A stretch of 64,000 bases of DNA. It comes from Octopus vulgaris (Eukaryota). The notes beneath the pieces were generated by a model. That model did no database searches and was not told where the DNA came from. It was given only the letters and a program-made list of their open reading frames with translations. This document shows, piece after piece, positions 11,789 through 26,439 of the stretch (position 1 is its first letter; the number at the start of each line of letters is the position of its first letter). Where the stretch lies: positions 76,384,001 through 76,448,000 of the forward strand of contig OX597814.1 of assembly GCA_951406725.2 (NCBI GenBank). Direction: 5' to 3'. Position numbers and translations under genes: made by a program.

Positions 11789-13026
11789 ACTAGTACAAAA
11801 AACCCACAATACATGCATACATAATTACACACACACATAGAAACATGCACAGAAACACACACACACACACACTATTTTGAACACTAAGACCAGTCCCCAA
11901 AACCACTGAATCACAACAGACTAGCCCCCCCCCCCAAATCCTTTTGATTCCACAACGCTCTCCCCCACCAACCAACTTCCCACACTGTGTTTAATAATAG
12001 CAAACATCTCTCATACACACACTAGAAGACAAGATGATGAATGGAAAGGTTGGTCATTCTCCTAAAATTCTGTATAAATACTTAAATACATTTCCTTCTG
12101 TATATATGCTTCATATACAACCATGATTTTTGATGAACTTAAAATAACTATAAATTTATTTTACTACCTGTTTTGAACACTTTCATGTAAACTGTTTAAA
12201 CAAAAAGCCCCTCTTAACATTTTCATATCATTCATTGTCATTGATTCTATTTTTTAACATTTTCTTATCATTTTCAAAGAATGTATAACTGTATTTTAAT
12301 ACAATTATGAAAATCATTTTTTAACACAACAAAGCTTATACAAAGCTTTACATTTTACTTTTGATAATCTTTTTTTAAAAAAAGTGAAACCACTCGTGTC
12401 AATAAACATCTTTAAAGACCTCTGCATTTTCAAACTCTCTTTCTTACATATTTTCACTCATATTGTACCTTGCAAGTTTACATTCTTATATATATATATA
12501 TATATAATACACATAGCATGGGCATGTGCGCACACACAAACATACACACATACATGCACACATACATGTATGTGTGTGTATCAATCAATATGTGAATGTA
12601 AGTCATGTAAAATATGACTTAATAAACATGTTTAGTTTCATACTTAATAAATGTATTATTGAATCTTATTGCAAAAACAGAACTCATGGATAAACTTCTG
12701 GAGCTACAGTTTATGGAAGTGAAAATGAATCTAATTTTTTTCCCTTTATTAGAGATCTATCATGGATCACTTACCCCATCTTCTATCTGCTAATGATTAA
12801 AAGCCTACAGCTTTATAAAAGCAAATATAAACAAATTATGTTTGTTGTAATTACATGTTTATGCATGTATGTATGTATGTATGTATGTATGTATGTATGT
12901 ATGTATGTATGTATGTATGTATGTATGTATGTATGTATGCATGCATGTTATGTATGTATGTATGTATGTATGTTATGTCAGGTCACTTCTGAGTGCTACT
13001 GGTAACATGTAACCCAGTACGTGTTG

Positions 13027-16000
13027 TATGGTCGGGTCATCGGCGACTAAACCGGCAACCCCACCAAGCTTACTTGGTGAGGAGGGTGTTTATTGGACAC
13101 CCTGTGGGATGAGAAACAAAACCTGTCAAAGGCCGGAGGACCTCTTGAGAGTCAATGGCCATCCAATAAATGTTAGCACGGGTACGCAGAAATTCCGGGA
13201 TGGTGTCTGGCATGCTGAAAGACCACAGGGAGTGAGGCGCCCCTTAGCTTTTATTAAAGCATGTCTCTAGGAGAAGGTCACTCTGATATAAAACCAGATA
13301 TGCAGGGAATGGCATTGGACATTTTGGGGATCTTTGGTTTGTGCTAGAGATCACGGTGCTCCCACATCCCTGAGTCTGCGACTCATATTGGCACCAGACA
13401 TCTTGTTCCGGCTTGTCTCTGGATAATGTCAATAAAGTGGAGAGGGTCCATGAGGTGTTGTGCAAGACTTATTGGACCAAAAAACTCTGCACAGGCATTG
13501 CCGACCTCTGCTCGATATGTGCATTTTTTTTCTATATATATTTATCTTATTTTTAGTATATATTTATCTTATTTTTAGTATATATTTTCTTCATTTTTAT
13601 TATATATTTTCATTTTTATTTTTTTATTCGGAAGTCCTGCGATGATGGGGAGGTGGTGAAGCATGCAGACCTGATGGGTTGGAAGCATGTAGTCAGCGAC
13701 CTGCGTGTAGGCGGCCCATGCTAGATATAAAGTTGTCTCCTTGTCACCCAAGACAGCAGTAGGATTCGGTTGCTGCATGGGTGTCTGAGCAGCTCCATTT
13801 GGAGAGGGCACTGCTCACCTGGAGACCAGGGATGTTCTAGAAAAGGTGAACCAAAAATTGCCTGTCTTTCTATATCTGGTCAGTTTAGCGCGACTGATGG
13901 CTGTCCACCCTGCGCTTGAAAAACAAAGAGTCTTTTATCTATAAAATCTGGATGGAACTTTAACATTTCATGTTGGAATGTGTGCACTCTGTTGGACAAC
14001 AAGAGTGATTGCAGGCCTGAAAGACGCACTGCACTTGTTGCTCGTGAGCTGAACCGTTATAAAATTGATATAGCTACACTCTCAGAGACTTTTATAGAAG
14101 GTGATGGCTAGCTTGAGGAAATAGGAGGTGGATACACCTTTTTTTGGAAAGGAAGGCAGAAGGAGGAGCGCAGAGAAGCTGGTGTTGGTTTTGCAGTCTG
14201 ATCTGATATCCTTAAGAAGTTGGAAGAGCTCCCTGTTCCTATAAATGAATGTATAATGACGCTATGGTTGCACTTGAAAGGAAAGCGGTTTGCTACTCTA
14301 ATAAGTGCCTATGCACCTACTTTGACTAGCTGTGATGGAGATAAAACAATCTTTTATACCCAGCTAAGAGCCATACTTAGAAAAATCCCCAATTCTGATA
14401 AAGTCATTCTACTGGGGGATTTTAATGCCAGGGTTGGAACAGACTGGCAAACATGGAACCCTCTAGAACGTTTTGGAGTAGGGAAAATGAATAGCAATGG
14501 TCTTATGCTACTGGAGCTTTGCGAAGAACATGGACTTTACATTGCAAGCACGCATTTTGTGCACAAAGGTGATCACACAACATGGATGCATCCAAGGTCC
14601 AAAGTTTGGCACTTGCTGGATTATGTTATCATCTGCAAGTGCAACATTTATGACATCTGTAATGTCAAGTCCTTGCATGGATCAGAATGCTGGACAGACC
14701 ACAGTCTGGTGTGAGCAAAGTTTTGAATGGGGATTAGGGCGAAAGAGAGAAAAGGACCAGTCAGCATTCCTCACCGTCTAAATGTCCACAAAGTACATAA
14801 TGTTGTGGTTAGGAAAGAGCTTCAGACTTGCTTGTCCAGCATTGAAACTGCTGCAGTATGGGAAGATTTTCGAGACCAGGTTGTTCAATGTGCAGCCGAA
14901 ACACTGGGGTATGTTACTGCCAGACACAGAGACTAGTTTGATGAGAATGATGCTGAAATTCAGCGACTATTAGTGGTAAAGCGCCATGCCCACAGTGTGT
15001 TGCTGCACAGAGAACTTTCTACTGTGCAGCGAAGTCTGACACTTGCCCACTATAACAGTGTAAAATCACTACTGCAGCGATCTCTCAGGAAGATGCAGAA
15101 CACTTGGTGGAAGGATCTTGCTTGTGATGTTCAGGCTGCTGCTGATGCAAATGACAGCAAGAAGCTTTACCATCTTATGAAGCGAGCTTATGGACCTAAG
15201 AGCTCCACATCAGCTCCTTTGCTTTCCAAGGAGTCTTCCACCCTGTTTACTAAATCAACAGAAATCACAGGTCGCTGGATCGAACACTTCTCTGAACTCC
15301 TAAACCATGAGTCAGTTGTGGATGAAACAGTGATTGATACTATGCAACAAAGACCTATCATTGGCTCCTTAGACTCCCCGCCCTCAATAGATGAAGTAAT
15401 GACATCAATAAGTAAATTGAATCTTAGTAGGGCACCTGGAAAGGATGGAATTTGTGCTGAGGTCTTGCGATTTGGTGGTAATTACATCACACAGTCCCTT
15501 CATGAACTTATTAGTGCAGTCTGGGGGGATGGTACAATCCCTAAGGACTGGAAGGATGCAATTATTCTTCCTCTATATAAAGGAAAAGAAGCCAGAACAA
15601 TGTGTGGTAACTACAGAGGTATTGCTCTACTATCAGCTGCTGGCAAGATTCTGGCAAAAATTCTTCTTACCCGTCTGAACGGGTGTCTCGTAAATGATGT
15701 CCTATCTGAACCTCAATGTGGCTTCCGATCTGGTAGAGGGACAATGGATATGATTTTCACAGCAAGACAGATGCAGGAGAAGTGCTATGAGCAGAATATG
15801 GATCTTGTCCAGGTATTCACTGATTTAACAAAGGCCTTTGATACTGTAAATAGGGCCTTTCTATGGAAAATACTTGGCAAACTTGGATGTTCGGATCACT
15901 TTGTATCTATAATTAAATCCTTTCATGATGGGATGGAGGCTTGGGTCAATGTTGGTGGTGCCATGTCGGGACCCATTCCTATAGAGAATGGTGTCAAGCA

Positions 16001-17203
16001 GGGTGACATCCTTGCCCCAACTCTCTTTTCTTTATACTTTGCTGCTGCTTTTACTCTGCTTTTGCTAAGGTTAGCTCTCTGGGAATATATGTCAGATATT
16101 GATCTTCTGGCTGCCTCTTTAATCTTCGCCGATTTGCTGCCAATTCAAAAGTTTCCCAGTCTATTATTCGTGACCTCCTTTATGCAGATGACTGTGACTT
16201 AGTCACTCATACAGTGGATGACATGCAAATACTCATGAATTGCATTTCTGCTTCTTGCAGGGCATTTGGACTCAACATCAGCCTGGACAAGACTGTTGTA
16301 ATGTTCCAGCCTGCACCAGGAAATTCATATATGGAACCAGATATCTTGGTTGAGGGAACAATTCTGAAGGTACTAGACAAGTTTGTCTACCTGGGCAGCA
16401 CACTCAGCCGTTCTTACTCCCTGGATGGGGAAATATCTTTCAGGTTGCAGAGAGCAACTAATTCCTTCCGGTCCCTTCAGTCTCGTGTCTGGTCCCAGCA
16501 TGGCATCGCAAGATGAACAAAAGTTGCTGTGTACCTTGCTTGTGTACTAACATCGCTCCTCTACTCATGTGAGACATGGACTCTGTACAAACGTCAAGTA
16601 AGGATCCTTGATTGCTTTCATTAGAGATGTCTCAGACACATTCTCAATGTTGGCTGGACCTCAAAAATTTCAGACACATAGGTCCTGAGGACAGCTGATA
16701 TCTTGAGTATTGAGGCGATGGTGCACAAGCACCAGATACATTGGACTGGACACCTTATTAGAATGAAGGATAGCAGGATTCCTAAGCAGATGCTCTATGG
16801 AGAACTTGTGAATGGAAGGAGACTCCGGCAGAAACCAAGGCTGCGATTTAAGGACTGTGTCAAGTCCTCATTAAAGGCCTGTGATATGCAGGACACTGAC
16901 TGGGAGAACAATGCCTGTCATCGCCACATATAGAGGAAGCAGGTTAAGGAGGGGATCGACACTTTTGAGAGAGCACGTATCCAGCATGAAGAACTTAAGC
17001 GAGCTGCACGAAAGCGCACGGCTCGTATAGTGAATGGGGAAAGTTTGGTCTGTAATGTTTGCAGTTATGTATGCCTGTCAAGAGCAGGGCTCATTAGCCA
17101 CCAACAGAGCTGCAAATGCAAAATATAAGTTAGTTCTAGAGTGCACAATATTCCTGAAGGTCAGCAATGGTCTTCCTCGGTCACGAGTGGATGGCCATCA
17201 TCA
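13027..17203 (+). mobile_element. Near full-length RTE-clade (BovB-like) LINE family B, decayed, inside a (TATG)n tract
   Basis: ~0.9-kb 5' UTR; APE (WNV.TL...RPERRTALVARELNRY, SAYAPT, LGDFNARVG, TDH); RT (RAPGKDGI, NYRGIALL, QCGFR, DLTKAFD, GVKQGD, YADD, FVYLGS); C-terminal C2H2-like motif; 3' atggtcttc...gatggcc(atc)n tail. Confidence 0.95.
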
Positions 17204-17639
17204 TGTATGTATGTATGTATGTATGTATGTATGTATGTATGTATGTATGTATGAATGTGTGTGTGTGTTTCTGTGTGCAATGTGTGTGCATGCATGCATT
17301 TCAGTGTACATGCACATACATATGTATGTTCTTATGTGCATGTACACTGGAACACACACACACACACACACACATTAACTGTAACAAATAGAAGTAAAGT
17401 ACCAGAGGTATATAAATAAATAAATTCAGTCAGTCAGAAGCAAACCATTTTAACTGTAAATTTAATTTAATGTATTAAACATTTGAATCTTGAGTCAACT
17501 ATTTTAATTAAAGTCATGCAGTAATAAGCTTCATGGTGGGCAGAGCATTATCTTCTGAATGGTCAGTACAAAATTCTTGTTGGAATGATGATATAGAACA
17601 ACAGAGGTCACTCTCTGAAGAGTTAAAAATTTTAAATTA

Positions 17640-18035
17640 TCATTTACTTGTTTCAGTTATTTGACTGTGGCCATACTGGGGCAGCTCTTGAAGAGATTTT
17701 AGTTGAACAAATTGACCCCAGGACTTTTTTTAACCTAGTAATTACTGTACAGGTCTTTTTTTGCTGAGCTGCTAAGTTATAGGAGCATAGAGACACTGAT
17801 TGTTAAGTGGTGATTGGGGGACAAACAGATGCAAAGACTCATATACATAGATATATATGTATATATATATATATATATATATGATGGGCTTCTTTCAGCT
17901 TACCAAATCACAAGGCTTTGATTGGCCAAAGGCTATAGTAGAAGACACTTGCCAAAAATGCCACAAAGTGGGACTGAACTCAGTACCATGTAACTGAGGA
18001 ACAAGCTTCTTATCACACAACCATGCTTGCACCTA
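17640..18035 (-). mobile_element. tRNA-derived SINE family a
   Basis: tttacttgtttcag..atttgactg.ggccat ... central (TA)n ... gaagacacttgcc..gtgggactgaac. A/B-box-like head on the minus strand. Confidence 0.75.
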
Positions 18036-18879
18036 TATGTAAAATTAAGAAACAAAGGGAAATGATCAAAGAGAATTTGTATATGGACCAGTTGTTCAAT
18101 TCTGAAAACCTGTACCATCATGCACAAGCAAATAACCCATTTGCTGCATTCTCTTGCATATATGCACATTCTTGTATAAGTATATATAGTGTCTATATTA
18201 CTCAACAAATGTATAAACATAATTATGGACAGGAAAGACAGTGATCAGCTGGTAGAAGTGTTAGTGAGTCAGGCAAAATATTTAGAGGCATTTCTCCCAG
18301 TTCTTTATACATTCTGGGTTCATTTATACATTCTGGGTTTAAATTTATACATTCTGGGTTCAAATTATGCCAAGGTAAACATTGCATTTCATCCCCTTTG
18401 AGGTCAATAAAATAAGTACCAATTGAATATTGGACTCAATGTAATTGATTTACCTTTATCATTTAAATTGTTGGCCTTGTGCTAAAATTTGAAACCATAA
18501 TTATGTACTTGAAACATATACTTGTCTATAATTACAATTGTAGCTAATACATATTAGTGTGTACAGTGAGTGAATAATGATAATTGATGAATAGCAACTC
18601 GAGAAATAATTAATTCTGTTCATCACCACATTGACATATTTATAATGTAGTCTATGCCTCTGCATATCTCCATTTCCATGCATCCTCATAGGTATATTTT
18701 TGTTAACTCACATGTATTCCCTGTAGGTATACACATATGCTCTGACATTCATGAACTGTGTATGTTTGCAATGCATACACCAGTTGGAATACATTTTTCC
18801 ATTACATACCTATAAATGTGCATATTCATGCACACATTTTTTTTGCATAATTTTACATGCTGCTGCCACATATCAAGCA

Positions 18880-19100
18880 CCCATGCTAGTGCCATGTATA
18901 AAGTACTGATACTGATTCCACATAAAAAAAAGCACTCAGTACATTCTGTAAAGTGGTTGGCATTAGGAAGGGCATCCAACTGTAGAAACCATGCCACACC
19001 AGACAATTGGAGCTTGGTGCAGCTCTCCAGCTTGCCAGCTCCTGTCAAACTCTCCAATTCATGCCAGTATGGAAAATGGATGCTAAATGATGATGATGAA
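18880..19100 (+). mobile_element. RTE-A 3' end fragment or partner SINE tail
   Basis: aaagtggttggcattaggaagggcatcc...(gat)n is the same 3' terminus as the RTE-A copies. Confidence 0.65.
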
Positions 19101-19122
19101 TCTCACTTGGTCAGATATTTAC

Positions 19123-19167
19123 GCATGCATCCAAACAGGAACTTTGCTTGTCTTGTATGCAAGAAGT
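19123..19167 (-). CDS. Candidate exon of unidentified host gene (LLAYKTSKVPVWMHA)
   Basis: Acceptor cttatattcag, phase-compatible with 21091-21336. Ends at either a GC|gtaaat donor or a TAA stop. Confidence 0.35.
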
Positions 19168-19848
19168 CTGAATATAAGTTATATCAATTTAACATCTTGG
19201 ATTACATGGCTTATCTTGATAGAAATAGGGTGTAATAAGATATAATAAAATGAAATAACCATAGAGCAGTCATTTTCAATTAGTGCACGGAAAGGGGTAT
19301 TTAGGTGCCTCATAAAATATTTTAAATGTATTCTAATGCTTAAGAAAATACTAATGCTTGAGCATCTTGAGAAACATGTCAGTCATAATTTTCTTATACA
19401 TGTTTGCATTAATAAAACAAGGCAAGTAATAGTTTTCTACACTTTTCAAAATTTTAACTTTGAAAGATAATTCTTATATCATTGTACTTTTTATGTGAAG
19501 TGTTCTGGTAATTTTTAATTTGCCATGCATAGTACATCAGCAGTTTTTTTCTTCTGTTGGTTTGATCTGCAGTGAGCCATCCACAAGATGAAAACGATTG
19601 AGAATTGCCACAAGGTGTTCTAGGGGTTATACTGTCACATAGATTAGACTAGGAATATCTCGAAAGAAATTGCGGAAATAGGACAAAAACATTTCACAGG
19701 GGTTACTGCAGTGGTGATTGATTTACTCAAAGTGTCAAAAAGAAGGGTAGACACTCAGACATCACTTAAGAGCAATGGTTGAGACCTACCCTATTAGGTA
19801 GACTCCACAGTCTGAGTGGTAGATACATGTTTGGAAATATGGAAGTAT

Positions 19849-20955
19849 AGGGTCATCCCATAAATAATGTTTTTTTTTTTATACTTCTTTTATTTTGGAA
19901 AATTAAGATAAACAAAGTTCTTTTTTAATCTAAAATATACTCCCCTTCATTTTCAACAATGCTCTTCCATCTATCTGGTAGGCTTACAAGGCCCCTCTTC
20001 CAAAATTCACTTGTCCATGATGAAAAATATTCCTCCAGTACTGTGCTGACCTCATTTACAGAATTTATATTTTTTCCGTCCAAATGATTTTGAAGACTAC
20101 AGAATAAAAGATAATCAGGTGAGGAAATGTCCAGTGAATATGGTGGTGGGTGGGGAATCGTTACCCATTCAAACTGCTCCAGCCTTTGGAATGTCATCCT
20201 TGCTGTATGTGGCTGAGTATTATCCTGATGGAAGAACACCTTTCATCTTGAAAACAAAGATGATCGTTTTTCTTCTAGTGCTGACTTAAGCCACTCAAGC
20301 CGCTCACAGAAGATCTCCTTTCTTATCATTTGGTTTGGGTTTACAAGTTCAAAGTGGACTAATCCTTTCATATCCCACCAAACAGATAACAACACCTCAT
20401 GTGGGTGAAGACCTTTGTTAGCCTGGGGTGCCGGTGTTTCTCCTTTCCCTACCCATTATCTTCAGCATTTGACATTTTTATAGAGAACCCATTTCTCATC
20501 ACCAGTCACTATTCAGTTCAAAAATGCTTCATTTGTGAGATGTGACAGTAAAGAAAAGCACATATTCACTCTCTGTGCACAAGTAGACTCGGAAAGTTTG
20601 TGAGGAACCCATTGACCCAATTTTCTGACTTTTCCAATGGCACGCAGGTGTTGAAGAATAGTTGAATGACCAAATCCAAGCTTCTCTGCTAGTTATTTAA
20701 CAATTACAGTGGAATTTTGTTCCACCAGGATATGCAGGACATTCTCATTGAGCTCTGATAGACTACAGATCTTCTAGGATGAGGTTCATCTTCTAGGCTG
20801 CAGTTTCTGGCTCGTAATTTCTGGAACCACAGTTTGACACTGGCTTACACTTATTGTCCAATCCCCATCTACTGCATTAATATTCCTTGCACTTATTGTC
20901 TTTATTGCCTTGTTGCCTTTGTTGAACTAATAAAGCAAAATATGCTGAACATAAT
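19849..20955 (-). mobile_element. Old mariner remnant
   Basis: FHQDNTQPH...PHPPPYSLDISSPDYLLF...W; TIR-like tagggtcatcccataaataatg at the left end; N-terminal HILL..FNKG trace near 20920-20950. Confidence 0.85.
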
Positions 20956-21090
20956 GTAATTACACTTTATAGAGTAAAAAGAAAGGAGAAGGAGGTAGGC
21001 TCAGCAACTGAAGGTGGCTAATGATGATAAGAGAATACAAGTGAAACCTTCCAAAGGCAAAAACTAGTTCAATCCTCCTTGCTGACTCAC

Positions 21091-21336
21091 TCAGGCAAAG
21101 CATACAGGCTAGGGGCAAAACATTTGTGACCCTGAAGTACCTGCTGATAATATGAAAGTGTTTCCAACATTGTGATGGATTTAAAATAGCTTGCAGAATT
21201 TTTATCGTCTGTATAACATATGGAGAAATCATTGCTAGTGAACTTTTTGATAAAATGATTTTTTTCAGTTGCATTTTGGTAGAGAACACAGTCACGTTTC
21301 ACCATAAGAAGACACAATCGAAGACAAAGAAAAAAG
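21091..21336 (-). CDS. Candidate exon of unidentified host gene (FFLCLRLCLLMVKRDCVLYQNATEK...GHKCFAPSLYALP)
   Basis: 246-nt stop-free non-repetitive frame; acceptor tgtttgtttgttagctag; donor GA|gtgagt; phase 2-2. Confidence 0.45.
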
Positions 21337-21569
21337 CTAGCTAACAAACAAACAGATGGTCATGAGAAAAGCAAACTTTTCTTCTCCATGAACTCCTGTC
21401 GCATTTAGGTCAATGAGTTATAATTTGATGGCTTGGTTATGGTAAAAGATAAATATATATTGACAGAAATTCAGTGAATAATTAACAAGCAAGCAACGGA
21501 GAATATTTTTCGCTGATTTCCATTAAGTTATTACTATAATTATCATTAAAATTATTATCCTTATTATTC

Positions 21570-22340
<771 letters not shown>

Positions 22341-22673
22341 TTATTAACATCATATGTATGGGGTGGTAGGGAGATTTAAGAAGGGAAAAGATTGTTGTGA
22401 GCCAGTGCTTAGCTACACTCAGGATGAGATGTACACAAGAGATAAGAGTGACTCAGTTCTGGATGTGAGTCTGGCACAGGTAATATTTCTACATGCTCTT
22501 GTGTCTATTTCTGGCTACCAGATGATGTTAGAAATATAAAACAAAGGGATTCTCTCAGAAACATGTTTAAATAACAACAACAACAACAACAAGAGAACTA
22601 AGTAGCTATAAGTTGCAAGGTCCAGTACCTTATCCTTTTGACCACTTTGTCTTCTACTCTTTATCTTTCTCTA

Positions 22674-22677
<4 letters not shown>

Positions 22678-22758
<81 letters not shown>
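22678..22758. repeat. (GA)n microsatellite
   Basis: Direct reading. Confidence 0.98.
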
Positions 22759-22760
<2 letters not shown>

Positions 22761-24096
22761 ACAACATGTGCATGTTCAGACAGGTACTGAAATCAAAATG
22801 AATAATTTAAAAACTGAATGAAGATTATCATTATCTTTGTACATTATTTTGTACATGAAGTGGAAGAACTGGTCTAAAGCCAGGATGAATGTCTCAGAGC
22901 ATTTACTAGTGACTTTCTACAATTTGAGTTAAAATTCTGATGGTTAACAAAACAAACATATGTCATTAAGTAAGATGCTTACAGAGCGTAAACTCCTTTT
23001 CAGTAAATGTGTAACCATGTACTAATAATGTAAATGATTAGTATTTTATTAATCTTTGATGTAATTTGAACTCGGAATAATGTAAAGATATTGTGAAATA
23101 TCTTGTCAGTTGCTTCAGTCATAAAAATTCTATTACTCATCTTATATAGGGCTGAGCCTTCTAGTTAATCACAGTGAACCCAATGTACTTCACATTCAGC
23201 TTATTTATGTGATATGGTACACTGTATATCTATCTTCTCTACACATGTTTCATATAATCAACCTAAAAGTCAATAATGCTATTTATAAGCAACCACAAAA
23301 CAAATACTTGTAAAGAATCCCTTTGTTGTTGTAATAAACCAAAGCCTTTCTCTTGAACTAACTGAAGAATCCTGCTCCTTACACTACTAACAATGCTTTC
23401 ACACTCCTATCCATAATGATTAAGTTACACAAATGTGATAGTTTATCAACTATTTCATGCTACAGCGGAGGAAATGTATAGAATAGATAGAACTATAGAG
23501 AGTGTCTGAAAAGATCTGTCAGTTGTGACAAGATATTTAAGGAACAGCAAGTTTTCATGTATTAACATGTGTGATTGTTTTCTCCCTTCCTTCACCCCTC
23601 TCCCTCTTTCCCTATCATCTCTCCACATACACACATATACATGAAACAACTGGATGGATAGACAAACTGAGTGGTAAATAAATAAATAAATAAATAAATA
23701 GACAGAGACAGACAAATAGCAAATTTATTCTTATCCTGTTCTAAAATAATTGGAACTCTTAAGAAAGTAACCCCTAGAAAAACAAATAAATAATAAAAAT
23801 AATAATTTTGCATTTGCATTGGTTCAAATTTGGTGCCAAATGATAGTCCTAGCACCAGCCACCTGGTGTCAGCTGCAGTAAGTAACTCACATGTTTCATT
23901 TATAGTTTATCCATACTCAAGTATTTCCCAAAATTTTCTTGGAATGTAACACTCATCAATAACAATGACTTTACTGATAGATCCAAGAGAGTATAGTACT
24001 CACCTTTAAGCAGAAAACAAGGATGGGTCATTTGAAGTTTTCTTTCCTCAGTCAAGTACTAGATTATCTTCACAATTTCAGCTGATTATATATATA

Positions 24097-25388
24097 CGAG
24101 GGGCGTTCAATAAGTAATGCCCCTGACCCACTTCCCATAGCAGTAGAGCAACGAAGCTTGGCACAGTTATTAGTCTTTTTCTACATAGGAACCACCCAGA
24201 GTTACGCATTTCTCCCATCGTTTGATGCAGCTCTGAAGACCGTTTTTGTAGAAGACCCCAGCTTGGTCCTCCAACCACGATGTGACTTCAGAAATCAAGG
24301 CTGCATCATCTGGGAAACGCTTTCCTTTCAAAAACAACTTCATGGCTGGGAAGAGGTGAAAATCAGGGTGTGCAGGTCAGGAGAGTAGGGAGAATGGGGG
24401 ATGAGTTCATAGCCGCACGCCTGTGCTTCTGATCTGGCGACACGCGAGTTGTGGATCGGGGCGTTGTCCTGCAGGAGGAGGATGCCTTTGCTGATCTTGC
24501 CCCGCCTCTTGATTTTGATAGCTTCTCTTAATTTCTTCAAAAGTGAAGCATAATAGACTCCTGTAATTGTGGCACCCTTTGCCAAGAAATCTGTCATCAC
24601 TACTCTGTCCTGGTCCCAGAAGACTGTGAGCACGACCTTGCCAGCGGAGGGCTGCACCCTTGCCTTCTTTGGAGGAGGTGAGTCACGGTGCTTCCACTGC
24701 ATTGACTGGGCTTTGGTCTCTGGATCATAGTGATGGACCCAGGTTTCAACCTGTGTAATCAGTCTTTTGAAAAATTTTGACTCATCTTCTTGGCACATCT
24801 TCAAATTCATCCTCGCGCAATCGACGCGTTCTTGCTTCTGGAAAGGTGTGAGCAGCCTGGGAATCCATCTGGCAGACACCTTTTGCATATGCAAATGGTC
24901 ATGAATGATAGTTTCCACAGACCCGGTACTAATCTTGACCTCATGGGCTATTTGGCGAATAGTTATGCGTCGATCTTCCAAAATGGCAGCCTCAACTTGA
25001 CAGACAGATGCCTCATCAATGGCAGAAGGGGGTTGACCAGATCTGGGAGCTGTTTCCACAGAGTTCCGACCATGTTTGAATTCACGATGCCAGCGTTTTA
25101 CAAGGTCATATGATGGGGCATCATCACCATAAGTTACTTTTATTTCATCAAAAGTCTCTCGTGGTGTGCGTCCTTTCAAATACAAAAACCGCATCACTGC
25201 TCGACACTCAACAGGCTCCGTTTCACACTTGACTCAGTTCAAACACCTGTAAAGCAGAAACCACAATTAGTTCAGAGCTGTAATTTGCCACTTAATCTAT
25301 AGAGATATAAATAATTGCTCATGCAAAATTTCAGCTAGATCAAACAATTGCAAGTGGGTCAGAGGCATTACTTATTGAACGCCCCTCG
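24097..25388 (-). mobile_element. Full-length mariner (DD34D), inactive copy 1
   Basis: TIRs cgaggggcgttcaataagtaatgcc, TA TSD on both sides; WIPRLL, TQVETW, QDNAP, YSPDL; start codon ACG and a frameshift after YSPDL. Confidence 0.95.
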
Positions 25389-25420
<32 letters not shown>

Positions 25421-25743
25421 CATACAAATGCGAGCAAAGCAATATCAGCTTGAAACATAATGCAAGTTCTGCAAGTGAAGCAAACAATGAACAATTCTTC
25501 ACACGACATGACATAACTTTTGTCTTGCATCTTCTATCTTTTACTTGCTTCAGTCATTAAACTGCAACCCTGCTGGAACATCACCTTGAAGAATTTTTAG
25601 CCAAATGATTTAACCCAAGTACTTATTTTTTGTTGAAGCTGGTATTTACTCTATTGGTTCCTTTCGCTGAGTAGCAAAGTTATGGGGACATAAACACACC
25701 ATCATTAGTTGTTCAGCAGTAGTGGGGGACAAACACAATGACA

Positions 25744-25789
<46 letters not shown>

Positions 25790-25805
<16 letters not shown>

Positions 25806-26050
25806 AAACTGAGAATGTGTGTCTGTCTGTCTGTTTCCCTAAAACTTGAGAACTACACAACCAATTTCATTCAAATTTTACACATGCCTTACTTGGGGTC
25901 CATGTAGTGTCATGGGCAAAAAAAAATGTTCAACTTCTTGCCTAGGGCGAGCTCATAGCAATATCATATCTTCTCCACTATTTCAGTATTACATGTTAAA
26001 AGTGAAACAAAAACATCTCTCTATTTTATATCAGATACTTTCACTTTAGC
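25790..26050 (+). mobile_element. Helitron-type non-autonomous 5' segment (copy A)
   Basis: tatatataaaactgagaatgtgtgtctgtctgtctg...aaaacttgagaactacacaacc.atttcattcaaattt. Repeated at 29634. Confidence 0.55.
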
Positions 26051-26439
26051 AATAAAAATTAGAGATAATAATAACAATTGAATTATATGAAGTAAGTAAT
26101 AATTAAAATCAAACTAAAGTATAATATAATAATTAAATCGTAACATAACAATTAAAAGTAAAAATAGCAATTGGTATAAAATTGCATCAATGACTTGAAC
26201 TTGAATAAGTGGTTTCACGTGAATGGGAATAAATTAGAAATAAAATTAAAGTGCAGAAATGGAATAGTCCAGATGGAGTTGTGCACATACCCTTTACCAC
26301 AGCTTTTACATTAGATTTTCTGCTAATTAGCTAGCATTAAGTATCTATATGAAGTTTGGCTGTAGTCGTTTTCTGGCACCTGTGTGTAATTGCTTTGCCT
26401 GTTATTGTTTATTAAATTTTGTTAAATAGTATTGTTGAA

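Noticed and set aside
13027-13180. Possible HDV-like or other self-cleaving ribozyme at the RTE-B 5' end
   Set aside because: Known for some RTEs and hairpins are present, but I could not assign the nested double pseudoknot by eye. Needs an Infernal/RNArobo search.
22850-24060. Protein-like minus frames (KVIVIDECYIPRKFWEIL; ECESIVSSVRSRILQLVQEKGFGLL) as extra exons
   Set aside because: Splice sites are weak or phases could not be joined consistently. Left uncalled.
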